Below, piece after piece: positions 34,434-43,717 of a DNA stretch of 54,441 bases. Source of the stretch: Acidobacteriota bacterium (GTDB taxonomy: Bacteria > Acidobacteriota > Vicinamibacteria > Vicinamibacterales > SCN-69-37). Position numbers and translations under genes: made by a program. The stretch is taken from assembly GCA_024640135.1 (NCBI GenBank), contig JAHEFO010000003.1, positions 1 to 54,441 on the forward strand, read 5' to 3'. Numbering within the stretch: position 1 is the first letter of the stretch; the number at the start of each line of letters is the position of its first letter. The notes beneath the pieces are model-generated. The model saw nothing but the letters and a program-made list of their open reading frames with translations. It did not search any database and had not been told where the DNA came from.

Positions 34434-36425
34434 CTACCGGCGGTCGTCCACTTGAATGCGAACGAAGTCGACAGCCGCGGCCAGCCGCCTGCCGTCTTGC
34501 CCGCCGACGTCGGAAGGCCTGGTGGCGCGTGTGAATCGCAGCGAGACGCGATTGATGCCGGCCTGCCACCACCCGGCGCTGGTCGCCAATTCGACCCGCT
34601 GCCAGATCCCCTCGATTTCTGGACCCTCAATCACGTGACCGTTGATGTCGATCGAGATCCGCTGTGGCGGTGCGCCCTCGTAGTCGAATGACCGCAGCTG
34701 AAGCTGCACCAGGAGCGGCGCGGCGTGGTCGAGAGGCACCAGAACATCGGCCCTGTCCTCGGCCCAGCGAAAGGTGATGTCACCGTCGCGTTCGGGTCCG
34801 TACCATCCGGCCCCAACGTACACCTCGTCGCCGGCGCCCACATCCACCCGGCCGTAGGGACGGGTGGGATCGCCCAGGAAGCGATTCGGTCGCAGAAGGT
34901 CGAATCGTTCCGGGGCCACGCCATTGCGCCACGCGAAGCCGAGGTTCGCGGGCATGGACCACGGGTGACCGAACCACCCGTGGAGGGTCGTGGCCTGCGC
35001 TGCCCCGAGATCGGCGAATGACACAATCTGCCCGATTCGATAGGTTCCTCCGCGAGCGACAGCCATCAGGGACACGTTCCACACGACCAGCAATCCCAGC
35101 AGGATGGCGGCCATGGCGGCAGGTCGTCTTGCGATAGCGCGCTGGCTGACGACGATGGCGGCGGCAAGAGCGGGCACGAGAAACGGAATCAGGCTGTCAA
35201 AGCGACGGCCGCCATAGCTGGCCCCCGCCCACCAGTCCTCCACGGCGGCATTGGTCCAGGCCATCAATGCAAACGTCAGCAGGCCGGCCGCGGCCAGGGC
35301 ACGGTGGCGTTTCCAGAGCGGCAGCAGGCCGAGCGCCGCGAGGTAGAGCGCGGGTGACGTGGCAAACAGTCCGCTGCGTGAGGACCACAACACGTCGATT
35401 AACTGCGGATGCATCCAGAACATCCGCGGACTCACGGGTGGCTGGGTGATCCAGGCGCCGTAGAGCGCGTGCCACGTCAGCATCTGTGGCAGCGTGCCGG
35501 CGAAAACCCCCAGGCCAAACAGGGCGAAGCGCCTGGGCTGCCGCAGGAACAGTAGTGACGGCAGCACAAGGACGATCGCATTCTGCCACCGCATGATCAC
35601 CATTACGCCGCCTGCCAGACCAAGCAGGACGAGCGACCGCCAGTCGTCGCGGGACCGAATCCTGGTCCAGGTGAGCGTGAAGGCCGCGACCGCGGCCATC
35701 GACACGGAGTGGCTCATCGTGGGTTCGCGGACGAGATACCAGAGCACAAATGAGCCCAGGCCAACCGCCACCACGGCAAGGGTGGCGGCGCGGGCGTCGC
35801 ATGAGCGTCTGGCCAGCCGGTACGCCAACCAGAGTCCAAGCAGGCCGTAGAAGAGCCCGCCCAGACAGACCGCCTGCCGGTAGGGGAAGGAGGTTCCATC
35901 GGTCTTGATGTCACGGCCGCCTGCCGCGAGCGCCGTCGCTGCCAGGTGTCCTGCTCCGAAGAACGGTGCCCATGCGATCGCAGGTCCGATTGCCCACGCA
36001 CTCTGGGCATAGCCGGTCACCGTCGGTTCCAGAAGGAACTGATGCTGGGCGTCATCCAGCCCGAGCAGTGCGTAGTCGTTTGTGAGATCGACGTCGTGGT
36101 CGAACCAGAGGGATCGGGTGAAGGCGAAGTAGTAGAAGCCGTCGCTTTGCAGGCGCGCGCCCAGTTGCAGTTGCGCGGCGATGCCGGCGGCGAAACAGGC
36201 CGCCAGCACGGCGGCGGTGCGGGACGCACGGGCACGAGGCGCTGCGCTGGCGAGGAGGAGTCCCGCGCCGGCGACCACGGCCACGACGCTCAACATTGGT
36301 GTGCCGCCCGCGTCGGCGCCGGCCCACTGCGCCAGAGGAAGACGGGTGAGTTGACGAAGGATCAAATCAAGCAGTCCCCCGGCGACCAACCCGACGCCGG
36401 CGATCGGCAGCGCCCGCATCCTCAT
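34434..36425 (-). CDS. Polytopic membrane protein, GT-C-like putative glycosyltransferase, paralog A, with extra C-terminal soluble domain
   Basis: I trimmed the start to MRMRALPIAG (ATG 36425, ATGA overlap with paralog B). About 12 hydrophobic segments. The first-loop motif is RLQSDGFYYFAFTRSLWFDHD. The C-terminal ~150 aa are non-hydrophobic (GAGWYGPERDGDITFRW...AAAVDFVRIQ). Confidence 0.72.
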   Translation of the reverse strand: MRMRALPIAGVGLVAGGLLDLILRQLTRLPLAQWAGADAGGTPMLSVVAVVAGAGLLLASAAPRARASRTAAVLAACFAAGIAAQLQLGARLQSDGFYYFAFTRSLWFDHDVDLTNDYALLGLDDAQHQFLLEPTVTGYAQSAWAIGPAIAWAPFFGAGHLAATALAAGGRDIKTDGTSFPYRQAVCLGGLFYGLLGLWLAYRLARRSCDARAATLAVVAVGLGSFVLWYLVREPTMSHSVSMAAVAAFTLTWTRIRSRDDWRSLVLLGLAGGVMVIMRWQNAIVLVLPSLLFLRQPRRFALFGLGVFAGTLPQMLTWHALYGAWITQPPVSPRMFWMHPQLIDVLWSSRSGLFATSPALYLAALGLLPLWKRHRALAAAGLLTFALMAWTNAAVEDWWAGASYGGRRFDSLIPFLVPALAAAIVVSQRAIARRPAAMAAILLGLLVVWNVSLMAVARGGTYRIGQIVSFADLGAAQATTLHGWFGHPWSMPANLGFAWRNGVAPERFDLLRPNRFLGDPTRPYGRVDVGAGDEVYVGAGWYGPERDGDITFRWAEDRADVLVPLDHAAPLLVQLQLRSFDYEGAPPQRISIDINGHVIEGPEIEGIWQRVELATSAGWWQAGINRVSLRFTRATRPSDVGGQDGRRLAAAVDFVRIQVDDRR

Positions 36426-38452
36426 CGCTGGCTCACCCGCAGAAAGTCGACGGCTGCCGCCAGCGCTCTGGTGTCGCCGCCAGCGCCCACGTCGACGGGG
36501 CGGGTCGCTCGCGCGAAACGAAGGCGGACGTGGTTGACGCCCGCGCGCCATGCCGATGCCCCGGTGGCAATCGAGACGACCTGCCACTCTTCGCCCACGC
36601 TGAATGGGCCGAACGTTTCAAGACCCGTGTCCAGGGTGACGCGCTGGACGGGGGCGCCTCCGAAGGAGAATGCGCGCAGGCGCAGTTGCACGTCCAGAGC
36701 CGACGCGTGCGCCAGCGGGACACGCAGCTGCGCGTCGCCGAGAGCCCATCGGAACGTCGTCTCACCGTCACGTTCCGGCGCGCCCCATCCGTCACCCAGC
36801 AGGGGCTCGTCGGCGCCACCGAGATCGACGCGGCCGTACGGTTGCCTCGGGTCGCCCAGGAAGTATGACGGCCGCACCACGTCGTACGACGCCACCGACA
36901 TGTCGTTCCGCCAGGCGAACCACCAGTTGGCGGGCGCCGAAAACGGATACCCGATCCATGAGTGAAGCGTGCGCACCTGGTCACCGGCCACCGGACCAAA
37001 TGGAATCGCTTCGCCGAGCCGGACGACGCCACGGTGCGCCGCCGACATCAGCGTGAGATTCCAGAGAATCGCGCCCGCGAGACCGGCACCGATCAGGGTT
37101 CGAGGCCGCTTTGCCGCCAGGCTCCGCAGCCACTGCCACGAGACGATCAGCCCCAGGGTGAGAATGGGCACCACGCCATCAAACCGCCGGCCGCCGAAGC
37201 CGTCCGAGCCCCACCAGTCCTGAATCGACGCATTGAAGTAGACCATCACCGCGGTGGCGGCCAGCAGTGGCAGTCCCGCCGCCCGATGGCGCACGGTGAA
37301 TCCCACGAGGCCGACGGCCGCGACATACAGGAGCGGCGACATCGCGAGCAGGCCGTTGCGCGACGAGAACAAGGTGAGTTCCAGTTGCGGCATCGTCCAG
37401 CGAATGACGGGACCGATGGGAGAGACGGCGAAGTAGGTCCCGTAGATCGCATGCCAGGCCAGGAGTTGCGGCAGGCTGGCGATCGTTGCCCCTGCCGTGA
37501 ACGCCAGGCCGCCTGTGACGATCGACCGGATGGACTCGCGCCCGGGAGAACGCCGGGCATGCCAGAGTGCGACGGCGACATCGCACGCCGGCACGATGGC
37601 GAAGAGGGCGTTCTGCCAGCGAATGAGCGTCATCAACCCGGCGAGGAGTCCAAGCGTGGTCCACCAGACGAGCTGAGTGCGTGACGGAGCCTGTGGGGTC
37701 CGCCGCTGGCGGCTCGCCGCCCAGCACCAGAGGAATCCCGCCACGGACGCCATCGAAGGCGCGTGGGTCATCGTGGGCTCAACCACGGTGTACCAGAGCA
37801 TGAACGAGCCACCTGCCATCAGCGCCACGGCTGTTGCGGCCTCGCGCCTGGTGAACCACTGTTCGGCGAGACGCAGCGTGAACCACCAGCCCAGGAGCGC
37901 GTAGCAGAGACCCGCGATGACCACGGACTGGCGGTACGGATACGACGTGCCATCAGTGGCGACATCTCGTCCCGCGGCGGCCAGGCGTGTGGCTGCCACG
38001 TGTCCCGCCGCAAAGAACGGCGACCACACAATGGCCGGTCCGATGGTCCAGGCTGAGTGCGCGTAGCCCGTGCGTGTGGGGCCGAACAACTGCGGCTTGT
38101 CGCCCTGGCCGAGCATACGGTAGTCGTTGGCCAGGCTCACGTCGCCATCGAATGCGATCGATCGAAGATAGGCGTAGTAGTAGAACGCGTCGCTTTGGAG
38201 CCGTGCGCCGGTCTGAAGCTGCCACGCCAGGCCCGCCGCGAGCGCACCGGCGAGCACGATCGCCGTGGCACGTTGTCGCTGCGTCAGGACCAGCGCGGCG
38301 GTTGCGGCGCAGCCGAGGAGCATCAGCGCCTCAGGCGACTCCGGGAGCCAGGGCAGCGATCGGACCCGCGTGAGCTGTCGTCCGACGACTTCAACGATGA
38401 GGCTTGCGAGCAGGAACCATGCGGCGGTACCGATCACCAGGCGCACTCGCAT
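36422..38452 (-). CDS. GT-C-like putative glycosyltransferase, paralog B, with the same C-terminal domain
   Basis: Alignable with paralog A along its full length (RLQSDAFYYYAYLRSIAFDGD; GDGWGAPERDGETTFRW...AAAVDFLRV). I chose the start at ATG 38452 because MRVRLVIG...RQLTRV aligns with MRMRALPIAG...RQLTRL of paralog A. GTG 38494 is the alternative. Confidence 0.72.
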   Translation of the reverse strand: MRVRLVIGTAAWFLLASLIVEVVGRQLTRVRSLPWLPESPEALMLLGCAATAALVLTQRQRATAIVLAGALAAGLAWQLQTGARLQSDAFYYYAYLRSIAFDGDVSLANDYRMLGQGDKPQLFGPTRTGYAHSAWTIGPAIVWSPFFAAGHVAATRLAAAGRDVATDGTSYPYRQSVVIAGLCYALLGWWFTLRLAEQWFTRREAATAVALMAGGSFMLWYTVVEPTMTHAPSMASVAGFLWCWAASRQRRTPQAPSRTQLVWWTTLGLLAGLMTLIRWQNALFAIVPACDVAVALWHARRSPGRESIRSIVTGGLAFTAGATIASLPQLLAWHAIYGTYFAVSPIGPVIRWTMPQLELTLFSSRNGLLAMSPLLYVAAVGLVGFTVRHRAAGLPLLAATAVMVYFNASIQDWWGSDGFGGRRFDGVVPILTLGLIVSWQWLRSLAAKRPRTLIGAGLAGAILWNLTLMSAAHRGVVRLGEAIPFGPVAGDQVRTLHSWIGYPFSAPANWWFAWRNDMSVASYDVVRPSYFLGDPRQPYGRVDLGGADEPLLGDGWGAPERDGETTFRWALGDAQLRVPLAHASALDVQLRLRAFSFGGAPVQRVTLDTGLETFGPFSVGEEWQVVSIATGASAWRAGVNHVRLRFARATRPVDVGAGGDTRALAAAVDFLRVSQR

Positions 38453-38463
38453 GGCAGCTCGTG

Positions 38464-40032
38464 TCACGGCGTTGGAACGCGAAAGACGCGCCACTCCGCA
38501 CCAGGGTGGTCACGATCGGGCACAAACGTGACCAGCGGTTCGAGCCGCCCGAACAATTCGCGGTACTGCATCGCCGTTCCCGATTGTGGCGGGTCGGTGT
38601 AGATGGGTGCGCCGAATGACTGTGACGAGGCGACCAGGTACTCGAAACCGTCAGCTTGATAGCCGGCAAAGTCCTTGTAGATGAGTCGGACGAAGTTCTC
38701 GACCTCGAACTGATCAGGGTTCAGCAGAATGCCGCGCGTCTCGATACCAATCCTGGCCCTCGGCGGCACGTGGTCGAGGATCCACTGGTAGGTCTGTTCG
38801 GCCGTGCTGACTTTGCGGGCATCGAGCACTGTGGCGACGCTGTTCGCGGCCGGCGTCCAGCACACAGCGAGCAACAGCCCCGCTGCCAGGGCCGCGACTC
38901 GGGCCGGGCGCATCTGCCGGGCATGCAACATCTCCAACCCCGTTGCCAGCGCCCCACCGGCCAGCACGCTGAGGAAGGGCAGCAACGGGAGGAGATACCG
39001 ACCGTACGTGAGCCGTTGTCCTGAAATCATCCAGAAGTAGATCACGGCAAACGAAGCGGTCATCGCCCAGCACGACGTTGCAGTGGCACGTCGCCGGGAC
39101 CACAGTGCGCGAGCCGCCAGTCCCAGGCCGGCACCCGCGACAAGGAGGCCCGGCATCGAGAAATTCAGGCGCAGGTGCTTGAAATAGATCAACCACCCCG
39201 GCTCCGGAGGCGGCGAGCCGACGGCGTACATGTAGGAAAGGTTCGCGAAGGCATCCAGGAATTCCGGCAATGCCAGAACGGTGTACGGGGCCCCAGCCAG
39301 AAACGCGACGCCTGCGCCGATCACCACCGTTGCAAGCGCACGCAGCTTCCACGACCAGTCGCCGGCGCCGATGAGCAGGACCAGCATCGGCAGGAGAACT
39401 GCAACGCCGCCGTTGTACTTCGTCGCCGCGGCGAGACCTGCCGCGACGCCCGTCCAGAAGAACGCGCGCAGTGTGTGATGTTCCTGCGCCCGCAACGCGA
39501 GTACCCATGTGAGCGCAACAAAGAACGTCGTGGGAACATCGGTCAGGACGAAATGCGATTCGCGAACGTGCATCGACTGGACGGCAAAGATGGCCGCCGA
39601 CAGCAAACCGGCGAGTGGCGAGATGCGGCTGGCGCCGCGGTACACCAGAAGTACTGTGAGAGTGCCGAATGTGGCGGTGACCGCGCGACCCCACAGGTAG
39701 AAATCAGCCGTGCCGACCTCGTTGAGGCTTGCCCACGCGCCCCCGATGCCGCCCACGACGAACCGGAGGCAGGCGGTCAGGAACTGGATGTAGATGTAGA
39801 GTCCCGGATAGTCGAAGAAGTACGGATGGAAGTCACCCGTCTTCATCATCCGGACGGCCCGTTCCATGATCTCGGGCTCGTCCACGCCAACGGCGAACGG
39901 GATGCCCTCCCCGAGCGCCGTGAAGCGCAGGGCGGCACCCAGGGCGAGAATGCACAACAGGAGGAACAGGTGCACGTGTCGAGGAGCCGGAGAGGACGAT
40001 GACATCGACGGCTTGATTGTAAATGGCATCAT
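38464..40032 (-). CDS. Glycosyltransferase family 39 / ArnT-PMT-like membrane glycosyltransferase
   Basis: I trimmed the start to MMPFTIKP (ATGA overlap with the upstream GT4). The first loop GVDEPEIMERAVRMMKTGDFHPYFFDYPGLYIY is typical of PMT_2/ArnT-type GT-C enzymes. It is multi-TM with a soluble C-terminal domain. Confidence 0.8.
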   Translation of the reverse strand: MMPFTIKPSMSSSSPAPRHVHLFLLLCILALGAALRFTALGEGIPFAVGVDEPEIMERAVRMMKTGDFHPYFFDYPGLYIYIQFLTACLRFVVGGIGGAWASLNEVGTADFYLWGRAVTATFGTLTVLLVYRGASRISPLAGLLSAAIFAVQSMHVRESHFVLTDVPTTFFVALTWVLALRAQEHHTLRAFFWTGVAAGLAAATKYNGGVAVLLPMLVLLIGAGDWSWKLRALATVVIGAGVAFLAGAPYTVLALPEFLDAFANLSYMYAVGSPPPEPGWLIYFKHLRLNFSMPGLLVAGAGLGLAARALWSRRRATATSCWAMTASFAVIYFWMISGQRLTYGRYLLPLLPFLSVLAGGALATGLEMLHARQMRPARVAALAAGLLLAVCWTPAANSVATVLDARKVSTAEQTYQWILDHVPPRARIGIETRGILLNPDQFEVENFVRLIYKDFAGYQADGFEYLVASSQSFGAPIYTDPPQSGTAMQYRELFGRLEPLVTFVPDRDHPGAEWRVFRVPTP

Positions 40033-41288
40033 GTCCGTCCGAGCAGGTTGTTGTAGTCCGCGATTTGCCGTTCGGCCAGCACGGCCCAGGAGAACTCCTC
40101 TTCGACGATCCGTCGACTGGCGTCCCCCATCCCCGCGAGTGCCGATCGCGCGGCGACGACCTCCGCGATCGCCTGCGCGAGGCCGTCGGCGGAGTCGATG
40201 TCCACGAGCCAGCCATTCACGCCAGGACGGACCTTGTCCGGGAGGCCTCCTGCGCGGGTCGCGATCACGGCGCGCCGGTGGGCCATCGCCTCGAGCGTGA
40301 CGAGCGAACTGCCTTCGTATCGACTCGGATGCGCGAAGACGGTCGCGGCCTCGTACCACGCGTGCAGGTCTGCATTTGAGACGCGGCCCGCGAACAACAC
40401 GTGTCGTCCCAGGCCCCGGGCCTCGACGATCGCCTCGATTGCGGCGCGATAGGGACCGGTGCCGGCCAGGACCCAGCGCCATTCCTGCCCGTCGAGCGGC
40501 CCGCCTGGTTGCGCGGCTCTTCCAAGGGCCGCGGCCATGACATCGAATCCCTTGTTGTGCTCCAGGCGCCCGACGCTGAGCAGCACGATCGTCTCGGCAC
40601 TGATGCCGTGTTGCCGGCGGATTCGCCGGCCATCGGCGGGACCGGCCAGTGCGCTCGTGTCAACCAGGTCGATGCCGTTCGGAATCACGACCAATTGGCC
40701 CTGTCGCGGCCGAAGGTGTCGCTCGACCACAGGCACAAGGGCGTGATCGGTTGCGATGATGGCTGCCGCCCGTCGTGTCGTGGCGCGGACGGCGGCGCGG
40801 AGCGGCGCATAGGCCCACCGCTTCAGGCCCGGCGGCGTGCCTGAGGACGCGCCGAATTCCTCCAGTCCCTGCGGGTTCACGACCAACGGCGGATCACCAG
40901 GGCGCTGCCCCAGGGCGTATCCCAGGCCGCTGGCGCCGAACGCATGCACGACGTCTATCGATCCTGCCCGTGCGAGCGCGAGCGCGACGCGCCCGGCCCG
41001 CCAGCCGAACAGCGGATAGGCCGTGCTCCGATCCAGGATGGTGGTGCCCCGCCTGTTGGCGAATGGAAACGTCAGGTAAGGCACATGCCGCAAGGTCACG
41101 CGCGCCGGCGCAAACGGGCTGGCCGAATCCGTCTGCCCACTCGACGGAGGCGGGGTGATGAGTGTGACCTCCACCTGACGCGCGGCAAGGTGCCGTACCA
41201 GGTCGTACACCGACTGCTCCAACCCGCCCAGGCCATGCAACGGGCGGACCGCGCGCGCAAGCACCGCCACTCTCAGAGGCGCATTCAT
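40029..41288 (-). CDS. Glycosyltransferase family 4 (GT-B fold)
   Basis: The N-terminus LRVAVLARAVRPLHGLGGLEQSVYDLVRHLAARQVEV and the C-terminal EGSSLVTLEAMAHRRAVIATRAGGLPD (E-x7-E-like motif) are typical of GT4. Confidence 0.85.
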   Translation of the reverse strand: MNAPLRVAVLARAVRPLHGLGGLEQSVYDLVRHLAARQVEVTLITPPPSSGQTDSASPFAPARVTLRHVPYLTFPFANRRGTTILDRSTAYPLFGWRAGRVALALARAGSIDVVHAFGASGLGYALGQRPGDPPLVVNPQGLEEFGASSGTPPGLKRWAYAPLRAAVRATTRRAAAIIATDHALVPVVERHLRPRQGQLVVIPNGIDLVDTSALAGPADGRRIRRQHGISAETIVLLSVGRLEHNKGFDVMAAALGRAAQPGGPLDGQEWRWVLAGTGPYRAAIEAIVEARGLGRHVLFAGRVSNADLHAWYEAATVFAHPSRYEGSSLVTLEAMAHRRAVIATRAGGLPDKVRPGVNGWLVDIDSADGLAQAIAEVVAARSALAGMGDASRRIVEEEFSWAVLAERQIADYNNLLGRT

Positions 41289-42550
41289 CGGTCCCTCGAC
41301 CGTGCCGCGATGACGGACGCGTAGAGAGCCTCTACCCGCTCGCCGACGAGGGAGGCTTCGAAGTGGGCCCGGGCGTGTGCGGCACCGGCGGCGCCAAGGC
41401 GCGCGCGCAGGGTGGCGTCACCCGCCAACCGCTTTAGGTCGCGGGCGAAGTCATCCGGCGTGGCAGACAGCAAGCCCGTCTTTTCGTGCTGGATCACGTC
41501 GCCCGTGCCGCCGGTGTCCATGGCGGAGATGGGCAAGCCCAGGGCGGAGGCCTCGATGAGCACGCGGCTGAGGGACTCCGGCCCGTACGAGGGAAACGCC
41601 AGCAACGTGGCGGCCCGCATCGCGGCCAGGACCTCTGTTCGATCGCGCCATCCCAGCCATTGCACGGTGCGGCCACGCTGACGGGCTTCGTGTTCGAGGC
41701 TCGCGCGCAATGGGCCATCACCAATCACCACGAGCGGCCATCGGATTCCTGCGGCATCCAGCGCCGGCAGCAGGAACTGCACGCCCTTGTTCACGGCGAG
41801 TTTGCCGGCGTACAAGACATGGGGCGCCGCTGACGCCGCCACGGCGGGCTCCAACTCAGACATGTCGACGGGATTGGGGATGGTCTCGAGACGTGTGTTC
41901 CCAAGTTCCGGCGCGCGCCGACGGAGGTCCCGCGCAATCGTGGTGCTGACGGCAATCACCGCATCGGCATGCGCGAGCTCGCGGCGCTTCGTCGCGAGGT
42001 TCCGGCGCATGTAGGGAATCAGTGACCAGGCACCCTTCCCCAGCGCGCCCGCCCGCGGCGGAATGCACGCGCGCATGCCACTGACGCTGCAGGCCGGACA
42101 CAACGCCGTGGCCGACGGGCTCACGATGAGGTCGGACCAGTAACACACCGGCCAGTAGTCGCGGACAGTCGCCACCACCGGTACACCGGCGCGCCGGCCG
42201 GCGCGCACCGCCGGCACGGTCGTCATGACGTGTTGGGCATGAACGATATCGGCGGGCGCTGAGGCCAGCCGCGCAGTCAGATACCGGCTCAACGCGCTCC
42301 AGAGGCGTTCATTCTTCAGGACGTTCCTGACCACTGGCACGTTCGGCACCCGGCGGCAGAACTGGGTGACCGGAAGATCGTCGTAGGCCGTCTCACGCAC
42401 ATCGTCCTCGCCGCCCGGCTTGGCCTGCACCACGGCTACCGAGTGGCCACGCGCGCGGAGCTGGCGGGCCAGGGCGAACGTGCTCCAGCCCGACCCGCCC
42501 GCCTCAGGAGGAAATGAATCGGTGACCAACAACACACGAAGCGGCGTCAT
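41285..42550 (-). CDS. Glycosyltransferase family 4 (GT-B fold) with Cys-rich insert
   Basis: LRVLLVTDSFPPEAGGSGWSTFALARQLRARGHSV and ...SYGPESLSRVLIEASALGLPISAMDTGGTGD. There is an insert with C-x15-C-x2-C-x7-C. ATGA overlaps at both ends. Confidence 0.85.
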   Translation of the reverse strand: MTPLRVLLVTDSFPPEAGGSGWSTFALARQLRARGHSVAVVQAKPGGEDDVRETAYDDLPVTQFCRRVPNVPVVRNVLKNERLWSALSRYLTARLASAPADIVHAQHVMTTVPAVRAGRRAGVPVVATVRDYWPVCYWSDLIVSPSATALCPACSVSGMRACIPPRAGALGKGAWSLIPYMRRNLATKRRELAHADAVIAVSTTIARDLRRRAPELGNTRLETIPNPVDMSELEPAVAASAAPHVLYAGKLAVNKGVQFLLPALDAAGIRWPLVVIGDGPLRASLEHEARQRGRTVQWLGWRDRTEVLAAMRAATLLAFPSYGPESLSRVLIEASALGLPISAMDTGGTGDVIQHEKTGLLSATPDDFARDLKRLAGDATLRARLGAAGAAHARAHFEASLVGERVEALYASVIAARSRDR

Positions 42551-43716
42551 TGGTCAGATCCAGAGGATGCGGCCGCTGCGACCAGAGCGCTCAGCCTGAC
42601 CGCCAGCACGGCACAGTGGGCCCGCCAGCTGTAGTGATCGACCGCGCGGCTGCGCGCGGCCGCACCGAGCCGTTCACGCAGTGCGCGATCGAGGAGCTGC
42701 ACAAGCGCGGTGTCGAGCGTCCTGGGATCGGAAGGGTCGTAGAGCAGCCCTTCGTGGCCGTCCCTCACCAGTTCGGCAATCCGTGGCAGCCGCGGTGCGA
42801 CGACGGGAAGTCCGGCCGACATGTACTCGAATATCTTGAGTGGCGACCAGTAGAATCCAAGCGCCAGGGGTTTGTGTTTCGCCGGATCAAAAGGTGCCAC
42901 CCCGATATCGGCGGCGGCGAGGCACTCAGGCAGCCGATCGTGGGGGACCGCCCCGGTGAAAGTAATGCCGGGGATATCGCGCGCGGCGCGCTCAGCGGCC
43001 GCCCGTTCGGGGCCGTCACCGATGAAAACCGCGCCAAGGCGATGTTCGCCCTGGGCATGGAGGCGTGCGAGCGACGCCGACAGTTGAACGACTCCGTGCC
43101 ACGACCGGAACGCCCCGGCAAAGACGCATAACACCCGGTCGGGATCACGCTGGAACGGCAACGGCCCCGTCGCGTCAGGGCGAAAGAGATCGACGTCAGC
43201 GCCCCACTCGGCCTCGAGCACTCTCGTCGGGTCCACCCACGCGGGCAGAATTTGTGAATGGGGTGTGACAAACAAATCGGTGTGCCGGCACAACGCATCA
43301 CGCCAGCGGCGCATCGGTTCGATCAGCAGCGCGCGGTCGAGCCGCGACTTCGTTGATCCGGGGTAGTCGACGATCGGAGCGTTGACTTCGAGCACCGCCG
43401 GCACGCCGAGACGCCGCGCGGCCATGACCCCCTCGCCTCCGAAGTTGTAGTACCGCTCAATCACCACCTGCGCGCGGACCCGTCTGGCCAGCTCGGTAAT
43501 CGCCCCGGCGCGCATCCAGCGCAACGCGGGGCGGCCGAGCGGCGGGCCCATCGCGTGCCAGTGCACGGGTCCTTCGGGCCACGGCCCACCGGGCGACACG
43601 GCCACATGCATCTCATGACCGAGCGCCGCGAGGCCCCCCGCGACCGCCCGCACATGAACGGACCCGCCCAGGGTGCCTGGCACCTGCTGATCGATGGCCA
43701 CGTAGAGGATGCGCAC
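42547..43716 (-). CDS. Glycosyltransferase family 4 (GT-B fold)
   Basis: MRILYVAIDQQVPGTLGGSVHVRAVAGGLAALGHEMHV and ...SPLKIFEYMSAGLPVVAPRLPRIAE. The start is GTG (cac on plus at 43714-43716), 1 nt after the methyltransferase stop. Confidence 0.85.
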   Translation of the reverse strand: MRILYVAIDQQVPGTLGGSVHVRAVAGGLAALGHEMHVAVSPGGPWPEGPVHWHAMGPPLGRPALRWMRAGAITELARRVRAQVVIERYYNFGGEGVMAARRLGVPAVLEVNAPIVDYPGSTKSRLDRALLIEPMRRWRDALCRHTDLFVTPHSQILPAWVDPTRVLEAEWGADVDLFRPDATGPLPFQRDPDRVLCVFAGAFRSWHGVVQLSASLARLHAQGEHRLGAVFIGDGPERAAAERAARDIPGITFTGAVPHDRLPECLAAADIGVAPFDPAKHKPLALGFYWSPLKIFEYMSAGLPVVAPRLPRIAELVRDGHEGLLYDPSDPRTLDTALVQLLDRALRERLGAAARSRAVDHYSWRAHCAVLAVRLSALVAAAASSGSDQ

Positions 43717-43717
43717 G

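Noticed and set aside
38464-40482. Long N-terminal extensions in the ORF track for several genes: 38464-40482, 43718-44920, 44743-46140, 34434-36587, 1245-2249, 19041-19664, 23648-25219, 25162-26739 and 26649-27242.
   Set aside because: The extensions are Arg/Gly/Pro-rich and overlap the 3' end of the upstream gene. Internal ATG/GTG codons also give canonical family N-termini, usually with ATGA/GTGA coupling. I trimmed the starts accordingly.
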